Source: Phycisphaera mikurensis NBRC 102666
GTDB lineage: Bacteria; Planctomycetota; Phycisphaerae; Phycisphaerales; Phycisphaeraceae
Direction of reading: 5' to 3'
Assembly (NCBI RefSeq): GCF_000284115.1
Contig: NC_017080.1
Coordinates: forward strand, 330,001 to 362,000
Length of the DNA: 32,000 nt
Part shown: one piece after another, positions 1-10,743 of the stretch
Layout: every line of letters starts with the position of its first letter
Numbering within the stretch: the first letter of the stretch is position 1
The notes under the pieces: generated by a model
The model's database searches: none
The model's input: the letters and a program-made list of their open reading frames with translations, nothing else
Told to the model about the DNA's origin: nothing
Position numbers and translations under genes: made by a program

Positions 1-328
1 CGCCGGCGGACGCGGGTCGGGGGACGCGCGGCGAGGAAGCGGCGGCCCGGCTGCGGGCGGCGCCGGCGTCGGCGAGGGCGGCGTCGGCAACCCGCAAGTC
101 CGCCGCGGCGGCGTCGGGCGCGGGAGGTTCGGGAGCGTCGTCGCGGTCCGGCGCGGCGGCGGTCAGCACCGGGCCGCCGGGCCTGCCGACCTCCGCGGCG
201 TGCTCGGGCAGGACGAAGGTCACGGCGACGCCGGCGTGGGTCAGCGCGCGCGTCAGGCCCTCGCACGCGGTGCCGATGCCCCCGGAGAGGTGGGGGGGAA
301 ACTCCCAGCCAAGCATGAGAACGCGCAT
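1..328 (-). CDS. Glycosyltransferase (glycogen synthase / GT4-type N-terminus), partial, C-terminus beyond left window edge
   Basis: Manual translation of the reverse strand from ATG at 328: MRVLMLGWEFPPHLSGGIGTACEGLTRALTHAGVAVTFVLPEHAAEVG..., with no stop to the window edge. The GWEFPPHxSGGxGTAxxGL motif is typical of starch/glycogen synthase-like N-termini. Not in the supplied ORF track. Confidence 0.85.
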   Translation of the reverse strand, partial: MRVLMLGWEFPPHLSGGIGTACEGLTRALTHAGVAVTFVLPEHAAEVGRPGGPVLTAAAPDRDDAPEPPAPDAAAADLRVADAALADAGAARSRAAASSPRVPRPASAG

Positions 329-361
329 GATGATCCTTTCCACGGAGCGCCCCGCGGGAGA

Positions 362-1183
362 CTACAGAGGCGACGCCCGCTGGGGGGGAAAGCTCCAGCG
401 GCCGCGGGCGGCGTCGAAGAGCAGCACCGCCGCGGCGGCCGCGGCGTTGAGCGAGTCGACCGGTCCCGGGGCCATCGGGATCCCGATCGCCGCGTCGGCG
501 GCGGCCGCCCAGGTCGGCGCGAGGCCGCGGTCCTCGGGGCCGATGACCACCGCGACCGGGCCGCCGGTGGCCGGCGCCGGGCCGCCCCCGACCAGCGCTG
601 CGTGGAGGGCGATGCCGCGGGCACGGAGGAAGGCGATCGCCGCTTCGGGCTCGGCCACGGCAACCACGGGGAGGTGGAAGACGGCGGCGGTGGAGTTGCG
701 GACGGCCGCGGGGTGGAAGGGGTCGACGTGCGGGCCCACCGCGAGCACGGCGTCGCAGCCCGCGGCCGCGGCGGTGCGGACCATCGCGCCCAGGTTCCCG
801 GGCTTCTCGGTGCCGACGGCGACGAGGTAGAGGCCGGCGGCGGCCGCCGGCGGGAGGTCGTCGAGCCGGGCACGCGGAGCCACGAACTCGCCGAGCAGGC
901 CCTCGGGTCGCCGGTGCCAGGCGATCCTCTCGAAGACGGCGGCGGGGCAGGTCAGCCGCTCCACGCCCGGGGGTGCCGCCGGCACCGTTCGGCCGCCGAG
1001 CAGCTGGGGGCACGCCCACCAAGCGGTGCAGACGAGGCCGGCCTCGAGCGCCCGCTCGACCTCCCGCACCCCCTCCGCCAGGGCGACGCCGGCACCGCGT
1101 CGCTCCGCCGGCCGGCTGCGCCAGCGGACCAGCCGCTTCACGCGTGGGTTCGTCGCGGAGGTGATCGGCAGCGGCTCGGGCAT
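362..1183 (-). CDS. TrmH/SpoU-family RNA 2'-O-methyltransferase
   Basis: Contains EKPGNLGAMVRTAAAAGCDAV, GPEDRGL and IPMAPGPVDSLNAAAAAAVLLFDAARGR, matching SpoU motifs 1-3. Confidence 0.92.
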   Translation of the reverse strand: MPEPLPITSATNPRVKRLVRWRSRPAERRGAGVALAEGVREVERALEAGLVCTAWWACPQLLGGRTVPAAPPGVERLTCPAAVFERIAWHRRPEGLLGEFVAPRARLDDLPPAAAAGLYLVAVGTEKPGNLGAMVRTAAAAGCDAVLAVGPHVDPFHPAAVRNSTAAVFHLPVVAVAEPEAAIAFLRARGIALHAALVGGGPAPATGGPVAVVIGPEDRGLAPTWAAAADAAIGIPMAPGPVDSLNAAAAAAVLLFDAARGRWSFPPQRASPL

Positions 1184-1214
1184 GGTTCAGCCGCGGGGCG
1201 GCGTGCCGGCGCGC

Positions 1215-2642
1215 TCAGTAGTGCAGGGCGCGGCCGTCCACCGCGAGCGCGGCCTCCTTCACGGCTTCGCTGAGCGTCGGGTGCGCGTGGACCGCCCGGC
1301 CGATGTCCTCGCTGGTCGCCCCGAAGGACATCGCGGTGGCGACCTCGGCGAGCAGGTCGCCGCCGCCTGGCCCGAGGATGTGGCAGCCGAGCACGCGGTC
1401 GGTTCTCGCGTCGCACAGGAACTTGACCATGCCGGCGGTCTCGTCGATCGCCTTGGCCCGGCCGTTGGCCATGAAGGGGAACTTGCCGGCGCGGTAATCC
1501 ACGCCGGCTTCCTTGAGTTCCTCCTCGGTCTTGCCGACGCTGGCGACCTCCGGGTCGGTGTAGACGATGCCGGGCATGACGTCGTAATCGAGGTGGTGGT
1601 GGCCGGTGGCGATCCGCTCGGCGACGGCGACGCCCTCCTCCTCGGCCTTGTGGGCGAGCATGGGGCCGGCGATGCAGTCGCCGATGGCGTAGATCGTCAC
1701 CCCGTCCTTCTCGGGGGAGGCCGTGAAGGCATCGTCCCCGTCGCCGGTGACGACGCGGCCCTTCTCGTCGCGTTCGACGCCGACGGCTTCGAGATTCAGC
1801 CCGTCGGTGTACGGCTTGCGGCCGACGGCCATGAGCACGCGGTCGCAGAGCACGTCGTCCTGGCCGTCGAGCTTGACGATCAGCGCGTCGTCCGCCTCCT
1901 CCACGCCGGTGACCTTGGCGCCGAGCACGAAGCGGAGGCCCTGCTTCTTGAACTCGCGGAGCGTCGCGGTGGCGAGCTCGCCGTCCATGCCCGGCAGGAT
2001 CCGGTCGAGATACTCCACGACGGTGACGTCGGAGCCGAGGCGGCGCCAGACGCTGCCGAGCTCGAGGCCGATCACCCCCGCCCCGATCACGACGAGCCGC
2101 TCGGGCACCTTCTCCCAGGTGAGGGCGTCGGTGGAGGTGCCGATGCCCTCCATCGAGAGGTCGATGCCCGGCAGGCTCGTCGGCACCGATCCGGTCGCGA
2201 TGACCACGTGCTTCGCGGTCACCCTCGCGGGCAGGTCGTCGGGGCTGCCGTCGACCTTCTCCAGCTTCACCGAGCGGTCGCCGTCGAAGCTGCCCCGGGC
2301 CGTGTAGACCTTCACCTTGTTCTTCTTCATGAGCCCGGCGACGCCGGAGGTCAGCTGCTTCACCACGGCGTCCTTGCGGGCGTGCATGGCGGCCATGTCC
2401 AGCGTCACCCCCGAGGTGGTGATGCCGTGGTCGCCGAGGTGGGCGCTCGCCTGCTCGTAGAGGTGGCTGCTCTCCAGCAGGGCCTTGGAGGGGATGCAGC
2501 CGATGCGCAGGCAGGTGCCGCCGAGGGCGGGGTTCAGGTCGACCAGGCCGACGGAGAGGCCCAGCTGGGCGGCGCGGATCGCCGCGACGTAGCCGCCGGG
2601 GCCGGCGCCGAGGAGGAGGAGGTCGTGGTCGAAATCGGGCAT
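1215..2642 (-). CDS. lpdA: Dihydrolipoyl dehydrogenase (E3)
   Basis: FAD-binding GAGPGGYVAAIRAAQLG, redox-active GGTCLRIGCIPSK, and C-terminal HAHPTLSEAVKEAAL. Confidence 0.97.
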   Translation of the reverse strand: MPDFDHDLLLLGAGPGGYVAAIRAAQLGLSVGLVDLNPALGGTCLRIGCIPSKALLESSHLYEQASAHLGDHGITTSGVTLDMAAMHARKDAVVKQLTSGVAGLMKKNKVKVYTARGSFDGDRSVKLEKVDGSPDDLPARVTAKHVVIATGSVPTSLPGIDLSMEGIGTSTDALTWEKVPERLVVIGAGVIGLELGSVWRRLGSDVTVVEYLDRILPGMDGELATATLREFKKQGLRFVLGAKVTGVEEADDALIVKLDGQDDVLCDRVLMAVGRKPYTDGLNLEAVGVERDEKGRVVTGDGDDAFTASPEKDGVTIYAIGDCIAGPMLAHKAEEEGVAVAERIATGHHHLDYDVMPGIVYTDPEVASVGKTEEELKEAGVDYRAGKFPFMANGRAKAIDETAGMVKFLCDARTDRVLGCHILGPGGGDLLAEVATAMSFGATSEDIGRAVHAHPTLSEAVKEAALAVDGRALHY

Positions 2643-2777
2643 GGCGGGGTCGCGGGGGCGGGGCGGCGGCGGGGGTGCGACGATAGAGGCCGCGGAGCGC
2701 GGAGCGGCGGGTGGTGCGGCGGCTCGGGCCCGGCGGCACGCGGGCGGGCGCCCGGCGGCGGGCCGGGCCGGGCCGGG

Positions 2778-2823
2778 CCGCGGACCGCGGCGGTTGCGGG
2801 TCGATTCAGCCGGCGGTCCGCGG
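2778..2823. repeat. 46-bp inverted-end element, copy 1
   Basis: CCGCGGACCG-26 nt-CGGTCCGCGG. Perfect 10-bp inverted ends. Overlaps the 3' end of the VanZ-like ORF. Confidence 0.85.
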
Positions 2824-3717
2824 CTCGCGGCGCAGGCGCCGCCACGCGAGCAGCGGGAGGGGCCCGGCGAGGGCGGAGGCGAGCAGGGAGCCGAGGGTCA
2901 GGCCGGTGGGGATGCCCTGCCACGGCGTCTGGAACAGCAGAATCGAGGCGGTGACCAGCGCGAGCGGGGCGGCGCCGGCGGCGAGGGCCCAGCGGCCGCG
3001 GCCCAGCGGCGTGCGGCCCAGACCGGCGGCGGCGAGGCCGGCGGTGAGCGTCATCGACACGCCCAGCGGGATGCCGCCGCGGCCGTCGGGCCGGTAGAAG
3101 GCCCGCTCGGGGGTGTGGAAGGGCACCGACACCCGCCAGCGGTGGGCGCGGATCCCGCCGCCGTGCCGCTCGGCCCGGTGAACGAGGAAGTGGTCCGGCG
3201 GCTCGAAGCCGAAGCGCTGGGTGCGGGAGTGGCTCTGGCGGACCGCCAGGGCGAGCACGGCAACGAAGACCAGCGTGAGGACGACCGCCAGCACGCCGGC
3301 GGCGGGGCGGCCCAGGGGAGCCAGCCGCGGCAGGCGGCGGGCCAGGCCGGTGCCGACCGCCACGCCGAGCACGGCCGCCGCGGCGTCGCCCAGCTGCGGG
3401 TGGCGGGCGAGGAAGGCGGCCTGCCAAGCCTCGTTGAGGATGCCGAAGGCCGCGCCCGCGAGCAGGAGCCAGCCCGGACGCACGCGCGGGAAGGCGTAGA
3501 CGGCCGCCGCGGCGGCGGTGCCGAAGGCGGCGGCGGTGAGCGGGGTCTGCAGGTCGACCCAGCCGCCGGAGAGCGCGGCCCGCATCCGCGAGGTCCACGT
3601 TCCCAAAGAGTCCACGCGGACGAAGGGGAAGGCGACGCCCAGGAAGAGCCCGAGCGCGCCGGCGGCGGCGACGCAGCGCCAGGGCGTGGCGGGATCGGCG
3701 GGGCGGGGGGCGGGCAC
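2806..3717 (-). CDS. VanZ-like multi-pass membrane protein
   Basis: Several hydrophobic helices and the VanZ-like segment DKxxH-equivalent region / GILNEAWQAAFLARHPQLGDAAAAVLGVAVGTGLA. Confidence 0.65.
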   Translation of the reverse strand: MPAPRPADPATPWRCVAAAGALGLFLGVAFPFVRVDSLGTWTSRMRAALSGGWVDLQTPLTAAAFGTAAAAAVYAFPRVRPGWLLLAGAAFGILNEAWQAAFLARHPQLGDAAAAVLGVAVGTGLARRLPRLAPLGRPAAGVLAVVLTLVFVAVLALAVRQSHSRTQRFGFEPPDHFLVHRAERHGGGIRAHRWRVSVPFHTPERAFYRPDGRGGIPLGVSMTLTAGLAAAGLGRTPLGRGRWALAAGAAPLALVTASILLFQTPWQGIPTGLTLGSLLASALAGPLPLLAWRRLRREPRTAG

Positions 3718-3762
3718 CGGGCGGGTATCGGGCGGGCGGGCGGGAGGGGCCAGCGGGGCCGG

Positions 3763-6700
3763 TCAGCCCCCGCCGCGGGCGGCGGTGGGGAAGCGGCGGA
3801 GGTCCAGGGTGACCAGGCCCGCGTCCTGCCCGGCCGGCCGCAGCGGGTTCGTGCCGGGGTGGAGGCTCACGCCGGAGAAGCGGGCGGCGCGGCGGCTCTC
3901 GGCCTCGAGCGCGTTCACGGGGTGGGCGTCCTCGGCCCGGCCGCCGGGGTGGGCGACGCTGTAGGCGCAGCCGCCGAGCGTGGCGGCGGGGACGACGCCG
4001 GTCGCGGGGTCGCGCTCGCTCCACCGCGGTTCCACCAGATCGACGGCGACGGGCGCGTGCGGCTCGATGGTGGGGTGCAGGCACGACCACGGCTGCCACG
4101 CCCGGTAGCGGACGCCGGCGACGGACTCGCCGGCCGTGCCGGTGGGCCGCAGCGGCAGCTCGACGCCGTTGACGGCGACGCGGCGGGTGTCGCCGGCGGG
4201 GAGGCCCGAGACGCGGACCTGGCACCGCTCCAGCGAGGAGTCGACGTAGCGGGCGGTGCCGGTGCCGCTGGCCTCCTCCCCGAGCGTGAGCCAGGGCTCC
4301 ACGCCGACGCGCAGCTCGATGTGCACGCCGTCGACCGTCGCCGTGCCCAGCCGCGGGAAGCGGAACTCGAAGAAGGCGTCGTACCAGCTCGATTCAAAGG
4401 CCATGCCGTGGCGGCCGAGGTCGGCGAGCACGGCGTCGAAGTCCCGCTTCACCCAGTGCGGCAGCAGGTAGCGGTCGTGCAGGGCGGGCCCGAAGTCGCT
4501 GAGCACGCCGGTCAGCGGCTCCTCCCAGCAGCGGGCGATCAGCCCGCGCAGCAGCAGCGCCTGGGCCAGCGCGAGCCGCGGGTGCGGCGGCATCTCGAAG
4601 CCGCGGAACTCCAGCAGGCCCAGGCGCCCGGTGGGCGAGTCCGGCGAGTACAGCTTGTCGATGCACAGCTCGCTGCGGTGCGTGTTGCCGGTCAAGTCGG
4701 TGAGCAGGTGGCGGTAGAGGCGGTCGACGAGCCAGGGCGCGGCGTCCTCGCGCGAGGGAGGCGTCGGGAAGCCGGAGTCGTCTGCCGGCCCCGGCTCGGG
4801 CGTCTGCAGGAAGGCGAGATTCATCTCCTCCACGGCGTTCCGGCGGCCCTCGTCCATCCGCGGGGCCTGGCTGGTGGGGCCGATGAACAGGCCGCTGAAG
4901 AGGTAGCTGAGGCTCGGGTGGCGGTGCCAGCAGGCGACCAGCGAGCGGAGCAGGTCCGGCCGACGCAGAAGCGGCGAGTCCAGCGGGCTGCGGCCGCCGA
5001 CGACGACGTGGTTGCCGCCTCCGGTGCCGGTGTGGCGGCCGTCTTTCTGGAACTTCTCGGTGGAGAGGCCGGCCACGCGGGCGTCGTGGTACAGCGACTC
5101 GGTGGCGTCCACGAGCGCCGGCCAGTCGGCCTCGGGCGCGACGTTGATCTCCAGCACGCCGGGGTCGGGCGTGGCCGCGACGGTCTCCAGCCGCGGATCG
5201 GACGGCGGCGGGTAGCCCTCGACCACGACGCGGGCGTCGGCCTCCGCCGCCGCGGCTTCGACGGCGGCGACGAGCGAGAGGAAGTGCTCGAGCCGGCGGA
5301 TGGGCGGCAGGAAGATCCGCAGGGCGTCGCCGCGGGGCTCGACGGCCAGGGCGGTGCGGACGAGGAGCTTCGGCTCGCTCGGATCGACTTCCTTGGGAGG
5401 CTCGGGGTCGCGGGCGCTCTCGTCGCCGTCGAGCAGCAGCGGGCGCTCCGCCGCGGCGACGGGGTCGTCCGGCCCGGCGTCGGGCTCCGCCTCCTCGAAC
5501 GGCAGGCTCTCCAGCGGGATCCGCAGGCCCGCCGGCGCGTCGCCGGGGAACAGCTCCAGCCGGGCGGGGTCGTTGGGCTCGTCGGCGGCCAGCGACCAGG
5601 GTCCGCTCGACCAGCGGGCGGGAGCCTCGGAGGAGCGGGCCCGACGCAGCGGGAGGATCACGGCGGTGGGGCGGTCGAGCCCGCGGGTCTCGATCGCGGC
5701 GAGGCGCCGCAGCTCCTGCGCCGTCCAGCCCTCGGGCACACGGGGTGCGTCCTCGGCCTCGTCGTCCGCTTGGGCGGAGGCCTCGGCGAAGGCGAGCAGG
5801 TCGAAGCCCTTCGGCAGGGCGCGGAGGCGCTTTGTGTGCGCGTCGGCATCCTCGAAGGCCGGCCGGGCGTTGCCGCCGTCGAGGCCGAGGTGCGCCGAGA
5901 GCGCCGCGACGAATGCTTCGCTCTTTAAGTCGGCTCCCTCACCCGCCGGGCCGCCGGTGGTCGGGTCGGCGAGGCGGTCCGCATCGCTCCAGACGGCCAC
6001 GCCGTCGCGGCGGCGGTGCAGCGCGAGGCTCCAGCGCGGGAGCTCTTCGCCGGGGTACCACTTGCCCTGGCCCGCCTGCACCAGCGAGCCGGCCCAGCGC
6101 GGTCGGGCCCGCTGCAGCTTCATGAGCGCGTGGCCCATCGCGTGCTTCCCGCCGCCGAGGGCCGCGGTGTTCCACGCCGGGTGCGCCGGGAGGCCGGCGG
6201 CGACGAAGGTCGGCTCGCCGCCCATCGTCAGGCGGACGTCGCCGCGGGCGAGGCGGTTGTCGATGTGCCGGCCGAGGGCGTCCACGCGGGACCAGGCTGC
6301 GTCGTCGAAGGGTTTCGTGACGCGCGGGTCCTCGAAGTCGCGGACCACGGTGACGCCGTAGTCGAAGCCGACGCCGACGGACGCACCCGCGGCGGCGTCG
6401 TTCACCTCCGGCTTGCCCGCGAGCCCGGAGGCGGCCGCGAAGGAACCCTCGATCGGCGCCGCCGAGCCCGGCTCCGCCGTCGCCGCCAGCGGGATGTGGC
6501 CCTCGCCGGTCATCATCCCCGAGGTCGCGTCCAGGCCGACCCAGCCGGCGCCGGGCAGGTAGACCTCCGCCCACGCGTGCAGGTCGACCACGTCGCTGGC
6601 CACGCCCGCGGCGGCGTGCTCGTCCAGCGGCTTCTCGTCGGGGGCGAGCTGCACGGAGTAGCCCGAGACGAAGCGGGCCGCCAGGCCCAGCCCGCGCAGC

Positions 6701-7332
6701 AGCTGCACCAGCAGCCAGGCCGAGTCGCGGCAGCTGCCGCTGGCGGCCGCGATCGTCTCCTCGGGGCTCTGGATGCCGGCCTCGAAACGCAGGCGGTAGC
6801 CCAGCCGCTCCTGCACCCGCCGGTTGACCGAGGTGACCGCGTCGATCGTCCGCGGCTCTTCACCGCCGGTTGGCGCGACCAGGCCGCGCACCTCCCGCAG
6901 CATCGCGTCGAAGCCGCTCCCGCACGCCGGGGCCCCCGCCCGCTCCAGGTACGGGGCCAGCTGCCGCGCGAGGTCCTCCCCGTAGGCGATCGGGAAGGTC
7001 TCCGCCTCGGCGTCGAGGAAGAAGTCGAACGGGTTGATCGGCGAGAGGTCGCACCGCAGGCTCACCTCCACCGCGAAGCGAGTGACCGCCTCGGGCACCA
7101 CCACGCGGGCGAGCCAGTTCGCCTGCGGGTCCTGCTGCCAGTTCACGAACGGCTCGACGCGGCGCACCCCGCCGGCGGGCGTCGCGTGCTCCAGCGTCAG
7201 CTTCATCGCGTAGCCCGAGACCGGCGTCCGGGCGTGCGGGGCGGGGCGCAGGCGGATGACCTGCGGGGCGAGGTCCACCGGGCGGTCGTACGTGTACTCG
7301 GTGCGGTGAAGCACCGCGGCGCGGATGGACAA
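3763..7332 (-). CDS. Transglutaminase-like / DUF2126 family protein
   Basis: N-terminal transglutaminase N-region ([28 protein letters not shown]), catalytic-type [25 protein letters not shown]...[23 protein letters not shown], then DUF2126-like [12 protein letters not shown]...[24 protein letters not shown]. The track ORF runs to 7575, but homology-like sequence begins at a TTG codon at 7332. Confidence 0.9.
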   Translation of the reverse strand: MSIRAAVLHRTEYTYDRPVDLAPQVIRLRPAPHARTPVSGYAMKLTLEHATPAGGVRRVEPFVNWQQDPQANWLARVVVPEAVTRFAVEVSLRCDLSPINPFDFFLDAEAETFPIAYGEDLARQLAPYLERAGAPACGSGFDAMLREVRGLVAPTGGEEPRTIDAVTSVNRRVQERLGYRLRFEAGIQSPEETIAAASGSCRDSAWLLVQLLRGLGLAARFVSGYSVQLAPDEKPLDEHAAAGVASDVVDLHAWAEVYLPGAGWVGLDATSGMMTGEGHIPLAATAEPGSAAPIEGSFAAASGLAGKPEVNDAAAGASVGVGFDYGVTVVRDFEDPRVTKPFDDAAWSRVDALGRHIDNRLARGDVRLTMGGEPTFVAAGLPAHPAWNTAALGGGKHAMGHALMKLQRARPRWAGSLVQAGQGKWYPGEELPRWSLALHRRRDGVAVWSDADRLADPTTGGPAGEGADLKSEAFVAALSAHLGLDGGNARPAFEDADAHTKRLRALPKGFDLLAFAEASAQADDEAEDAPRVPEGWTAQELRRLAAIETRGLDRPTAVILPLRRARSSEAPARWSSGPWSLAADEPNDPARLELFPGDAPAGLRIPLESLPFEEAEPDAGPDDPVAAAERPLLLDGDESARDPEPPKEVDPSEPKLLVRTALAVEPRGDALRIFLPPIRRLEHFLSLVAAVEAAAAEADARVVVEGYPPPSDPRLETVAATPDPGVLEINVAPEADWPALVDATESLYHDARVAGLSTEKFQKDGRHTGTGGGNHVVVGGRSPLDSPLLRRPDLLRSLVACWHRHPSLSYLFSGLFIGPTSQAPRMDEGRRNAVEEMNLAFLQTPEPGPADDSGFPTPPSREDAAPWLVDRLYRHLLTDLTGNTHRSELCIDKLYSPDSPTGRLGLLEFRGFEMPPHPRLALAQALLLRGLIARCWEEPLTGVLSDFGPALHDRYLLPHWVKRDFDAVLADLGRHGMAFESSWYDAFFEFRFPRLGTATVDGVHIELRVGVEPWLTLGEEASGTGTARYVDSSLERCQVRVSGLPAGDTRRVAVNGVELPLRPTGTAGESVAGVRYRAWQPWSCLHPTIEPHAPVAVDLVEPRWSERDPATGVVPAATLGGCAYSVAHPGGRAEDAHPVNALEAESRRAARFSGVSLHPGTNPLRPAGQDAGLVTLDLRRFPTAARGGG

Positions 7333-7408
7333 AAGAGCTTTCGGGTGGGCAGCGGAAGGACCGGCGGTTGTCAACCAGCGTAGAGGTGGCTCCGCCGTGC
7401 GATCGCTC

Positions 7409-7454
7409 CCGCGGACCGCCGGCTCCGACACCGCTTCGGGCGTTCCGTCCGCGG
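7409..7454. repeat. 46-bp inverted-end element, copy 2 (one arm mismatch)
   Basis: CCGCGGACCG-26 nt-CCGTCCGCGG. Confidence 0.7.
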
Positions 7455-7671
7455 TTCCCGCCGCCCGCGGGTTCCCCGCCGCCAAGGCCGGCCGAGCCGA
7501 CGCGCGGGCGTCGCCCGCCCCCGCACCGGGGCGGTGCGGGCTCACGCGCAGCAGCGAACCGGTGGGGCGACCCACCGGGCGTCCTCTGGGTCGGATCCGT
7601 CGACGGGATCCGGGGGATCCGCCGCAGCCGGAGACGCGCCAGCCTCCGCAAGGCGGAGCGCGGAGCGGCCT

Positions 7672-8376
7672 TCAGGCCGCCTTGCGTCGGCGTCGGCCCA
7701 CGGTCCGCTGGTCCCAGGTCATGCGCGTGTCGGGCTCCTCGTCGAGCACCTCGACGACGTGGGTCGGGTGGTCGGCCCAGAGGTCGGCGCCGATTTCCTC
7801 GGCGAGGCCCTCGGCCCGGCCGAAGACGCCGCCGCCCACGGTGACCTGCACCTGCTCGTTGAGCCCCATGTCGTGGAGGCGGTCGATGAGCTGGCGGGTG
7901 CGGGGCACGGTGGCGGGGACGGCGCCGAAGATCACGAGCCGGTCGACGACCAGCGTCCCGACGGCGGCGATGATCTCGTCGTTGGCCACGCCGCCGCCGG
8001 CGAAGTAGACCGTCCAGCCGTCCGCCTCGAGCAGGTCCGCGGTGAGCTGGCCCGCCAGCTCCTCGCTCTCCTCCTCGCCGCAGACCATCAGCAGCGTCTG
8101 GCCGCGGCGGGCTTTCTGCTCGTACTCCGGCTGGAGGCGGTCGGTGATCGACCGCATCAGCCGCGTCGCGAAGTGGTACGACAGATCGGAGAGCTGGTCG
8201 TTGCGGTGGGCCTTCTGGACCTGGTCGAGGGTCGGCCAGATCAGGTGGTTGGCGAGGGCTTCGGCGGTCGCCTTGCCGGATCGGCACTCGGCGAGGACCT
8301 CGCCGGCGGCCGCGCGGTCGCCGGAGATGAGGGCCGTGTAGAAACGTTCGAGCAGGGCGTTGGGCCGGCTGGCCAT
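7672..8376 (-). CDS. Cobalamin (B12)-binding domain protein
   Basis: MASRPNALLERFYTALISGDRAAAGEVLAECRSG...LIWPTLDQVQKAHRNDQLSDLSYHFATRLM...; methionine-synthase-type helical cap plus Rossmann-like B12-binding fold. ATG at 8376 fits better than the track start at 8433. Confidence 0.75.
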   Translation of the reverse strand: MASRPNALLERFYTALISGDRAAAGEVLAECRSGKATAEALANHLIWPTLDQVQKAHRNDQLSDLSYHFATRLMRSITDRLQPEYEQKARRGQTLLMVCGEEESEELAGQLTADLLEADGWTVYFAGGGVANDEIIAAVGTLVVDRLVIFGAVPATVPRTRQLIDRLHDMGLNEQVQVTVGGGVFGRAEGLAEEIGADLWADHPTHVVEVLDEEPDTRMTWDQRTVGRRRRKAA

Positions 8377-8617
8377 GATTCGGGGCTCCGGGATTGAGAA
8401 GGTCGGCCCGTTGGCCGGCGACACCCCTTTCATCGTGGGGCGTGCCCCGATCGGGACAGCACGCAGGTGAACGCCGTTATCAGGCGCACGCGGGAGCGGC
8501 CGGCGGCGTAGGAGGCCGCTGCCGGCGCGGCAAGCGTGCTTTTATCGGCGGGCTCGCCCGCGTACAACGGGGGCGGCCTCTCTCGCTCTCGTCCCCGCCT
8601 CCCTCTGGAGAAACGCT

Positions 8618-9523
8618 TTGCACCCTCGAACCTTCCCCCTGCTCCGCCGGCTGCTCCCCGCCGCGTCGCTGGCCCTGGCCGCGGTCACCTTCTCCCCGGG
8701 CTGCCAGACCAACCCCGCCACGGGCGAGCTCTACCTGACCGCGCTCAACCAGGAGAAGGCGGTGCAGATCGGCGAGGAGGCCGAGCCGCAGTTCCTCTCC
8801 GAGAACGGCGGCGTCATCCCCGACGCCGGCATCCGCGACTACGTCGCGTCGATCGGCAACCGGCTCGCGGCCAAGAGCGAGCTGCCCGACCTCCCCTGGG
8901 AGTTCCACGTGCTCGACTCGGTGCAGATCAACGCCTTCGCGCTGCCCGGCGGCAAGATCTTCATGAGCCGCGGGCTGCTCGAGCGGATGACCAACGAGGC
9001 CCAGCTCGCCGGCGTCCTCGGCCACGAGATCGGCCACGTCACCGCCGACCACGTCGGCCAGCGGATGGCGCAGGCCACGGCGGTGACGGCCGCCGGCGCG
9101 GTCTTGGGCGCCGCCGGCGCCGCCACCGACAAGGACTGGCTGAAGGTGCTCGGCGTCGGCACCGGCGTCGGCGGCGGGGTTTACCTCCTGAGGTTCTCCC
9201 GCGGCAACGAGACCGAGTCCGACCTGCTCGGCGTCCGCTACATGGACCGCCTGGGCTACAACCCCTGGGGCCAGGTGCAGGTGATGGAGATCCTCAAGGA
9301 GGCCTCCGGCGGCGGCAGCGGCAACCTCCTGGAGAGCTTCTTCGCCACGCACCCGCTGCCCCAGGACCGCATCGACGACCTCGAGGAGCTCATCCGCGAC
9401 AAGTACCCCGACGCGAAGCGAAGCGGCGACGGCTTCTTCCCGGAGCGCTTCGAGCAGAACGTGCTGCGGCCGCTGTCGAGGCTGCCGGCCCCCCGGCAGA
9501 CGACGCCGCCGGCGGCCGGTTGA
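8618..9523 (+). CDS. M48-family zinc metalloprotease, putative lipoprotein
   Basis: Signal peptide with lipobox-like SPGC; zinc motif HEIGH in AQLAGVLGHEIGHVTADHVGQRMA; GKIFMSRGLLERM. Confidence 0.93.
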   Translation: MHPRTFPLLRRLLPAASLALAAVTFSPGCQTNPATGELYLTALNQEKAVQIGEEAEPQFLSENGGVIPDAGIRDYVASIGNRLAAKSELPDLPWEFHVLDSVQINAFALPGGKIFMSRGLLERMTNEAQLAGVLGHEIGHVTADHVGQRMAQATAVTAAGAVLGAAGAATDKDWLKVLGVGTGVGGGVYLLRFSRGNETESDLLGVRYMDRLGYNPWGQVQVMEILKEASGGGSGNLLESFFATHPLPQDRIDDLEELIRDKYPDAKRSGDGFFPERFEQNVLRPLSRLPAPRQTTPPAAG

Positions 9524-9582
9524 ACGCTGGCGCTGGCGCGGGGCGGGGCAGGAAAGGGTGCCGTGGCGGGGACGGGGCAGAT

Positions 9583-9628
9583 CCGCGGACCGTCGCGGTT
9601 TGGAGGCTCTCGCCCCTACGGTCCGCGG
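9583..9628. repeat. 46-bp inverted-end element, copy 3
   Basis: CCGCGGACCGT-24 nt-ACGGTCCGCGG. Perfect 11-bp inverted ends. Confidence 0.88.
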
Positions 9629-9629
9629 C

Positions 9630-10412
9630 TTGGATGCCGCCGCGAAGAAGAAGGTCTGGGGCCGCGACACGCTCGCCGGCGATCCGCACGCGCGGGGCGA
9701 CAAGGCCCGGCGCGTCCGAGCGATGTTCGCCTCGATCGCGGGCTCGTACGACCTCAACAACCGGCTGCACGCCTTCGGCATGGACCAGCGCTGGCGGCGG
9801 GTCGCGGTCGGCATGGCGGCGGTGACGCCCGGCGAGCGGGTCGTCGACGTCGCCTGCGGCACGGGCGACCTGGCGATCGCGCTGGCCCGCACGCTCCCGG
9901 CCGCCGCCGCCGACGGCGGCCCCTCCGTGATCGGCGTCGACTTCACCTTCGCGATGCTCCCGCTGGCGGAGGGCAAGTCCAGCGGCGACGCCGCGGCGGC
10001 CGCGTACGCGGCCGGCGACGCGTTGCGGCTGCCGCTGCCCGACGCCTGCTGCGAAGCGGTGACCATCGCCTTCGGGCTGCGCAACGTGGCCGATCCCTCC
10101 GCCGCCGTCGCCGAGTTCGCCCGGGTGCTCAAGCCCGGCGGCCGGCTGGTCGTCCTGGAGTTCGTCGAGCCCAGGAACCCGCTCATCCGCTGGGGCAACG
10201 CGGCGTACACCCGCGGGCTGATGCCGCTGACGGCGACGGCCCTCTCCGGAGACCGCAGCGGCGCGTACCGGTACCTGCCCAAGTCGGTCGCGACCTTCCT
10301 GGGCACGGCGGGGGTGGCGGCGCTGTACGAGCGGCACGGCTTCGGCGGGCACCGCAGCCGCGCGATGAACCTCGGCACGGTGGACTGCCACGCCGGGACG
10401 CTCGGCCGTTAG
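9630..10412 (+). CDS. menG: Demethylmenaquinone/ubiquinone methyltransferase (MenG/UbiE)
   Basis: MFASIAGSYDLNNRLHAFGMDQRWRR, VVDVACGTGDLAIALA, AFGLRNVADPSAAVAEFARVLKPGGRLVVLEF. The start is uncertain: the track uses GTG 9558, and TTG 9630 avoids coding through repeat copy 3. Confidence 0.9.
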   Translation: MDAAAKKKVWGRDTLAGDPHARGDKARRVRAMFASIAGSYDLNNRLHAFGMDQRWRRVAVGMAAVTPGERVVDVACGTGDLAIALARTLPAAAADGGPSVIGVDFTFAMLPLAEGKSSGDAAAAAYAAGDALRLPLPDACCEAVTIAFGLRNVADPSAAVAEFARVLKPGGRLVVLEFVEPRNPLIRWGNAAYTRGLMPLTATALSGDRSGAYRYLPKSVATFLGTAGVAALYERHGFGGHRSRAMNLGTVDCHAGTLGR

Positions 10413-10743
10413 CAGGCCGCTTCGGGATCCCGCGTCAGGCGGTGCTGCCCGCCCGCAGCCCCGATGAGGTCGTGCAGCGGCCAGCGAGGCCCGGCGGTGG
10501 CGCCTCCCGCCGAGCGGAGCGCAGCGGAATGGAGCTGCGACCCCGCATCCGCGGCGCGTCGCAACGCCGCTTGCGCGGGCGGCCGCGTCCCCGCCCGCAC
10601 CCGCGGTGTGAACGCCGTCCGCGGCTCTAAACCCCTTCTCGCGTCCGCCCGATGCCCCCCGCAGCCGGACCCCGCGGCGTCCGCTTGCGTGGCCCGCCGG
10701 CGGATCGTTGGTTGGAACCCCGTGTCCCCCGCGGAAGCACCCC

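Noticed and set aside
2641-5928. 1095-aa plus-strand ORF (and similar long ORFs 1026..2954, 14865..18614, 22384..24462)
   Set aside because: Low-complexity Arg/Gly/Ala/Pro/Val-rich translations running antisense to well-supported genes. Stop-free frames are expected in very GC-rich DNA.
10413-10743. Intergenic region with many CCGCGG-like words, for example AACGCCGTCCGCGG ending at 10624
   Set aside because: No matching left arm at the 46-bp distance; not accepted as a family member.
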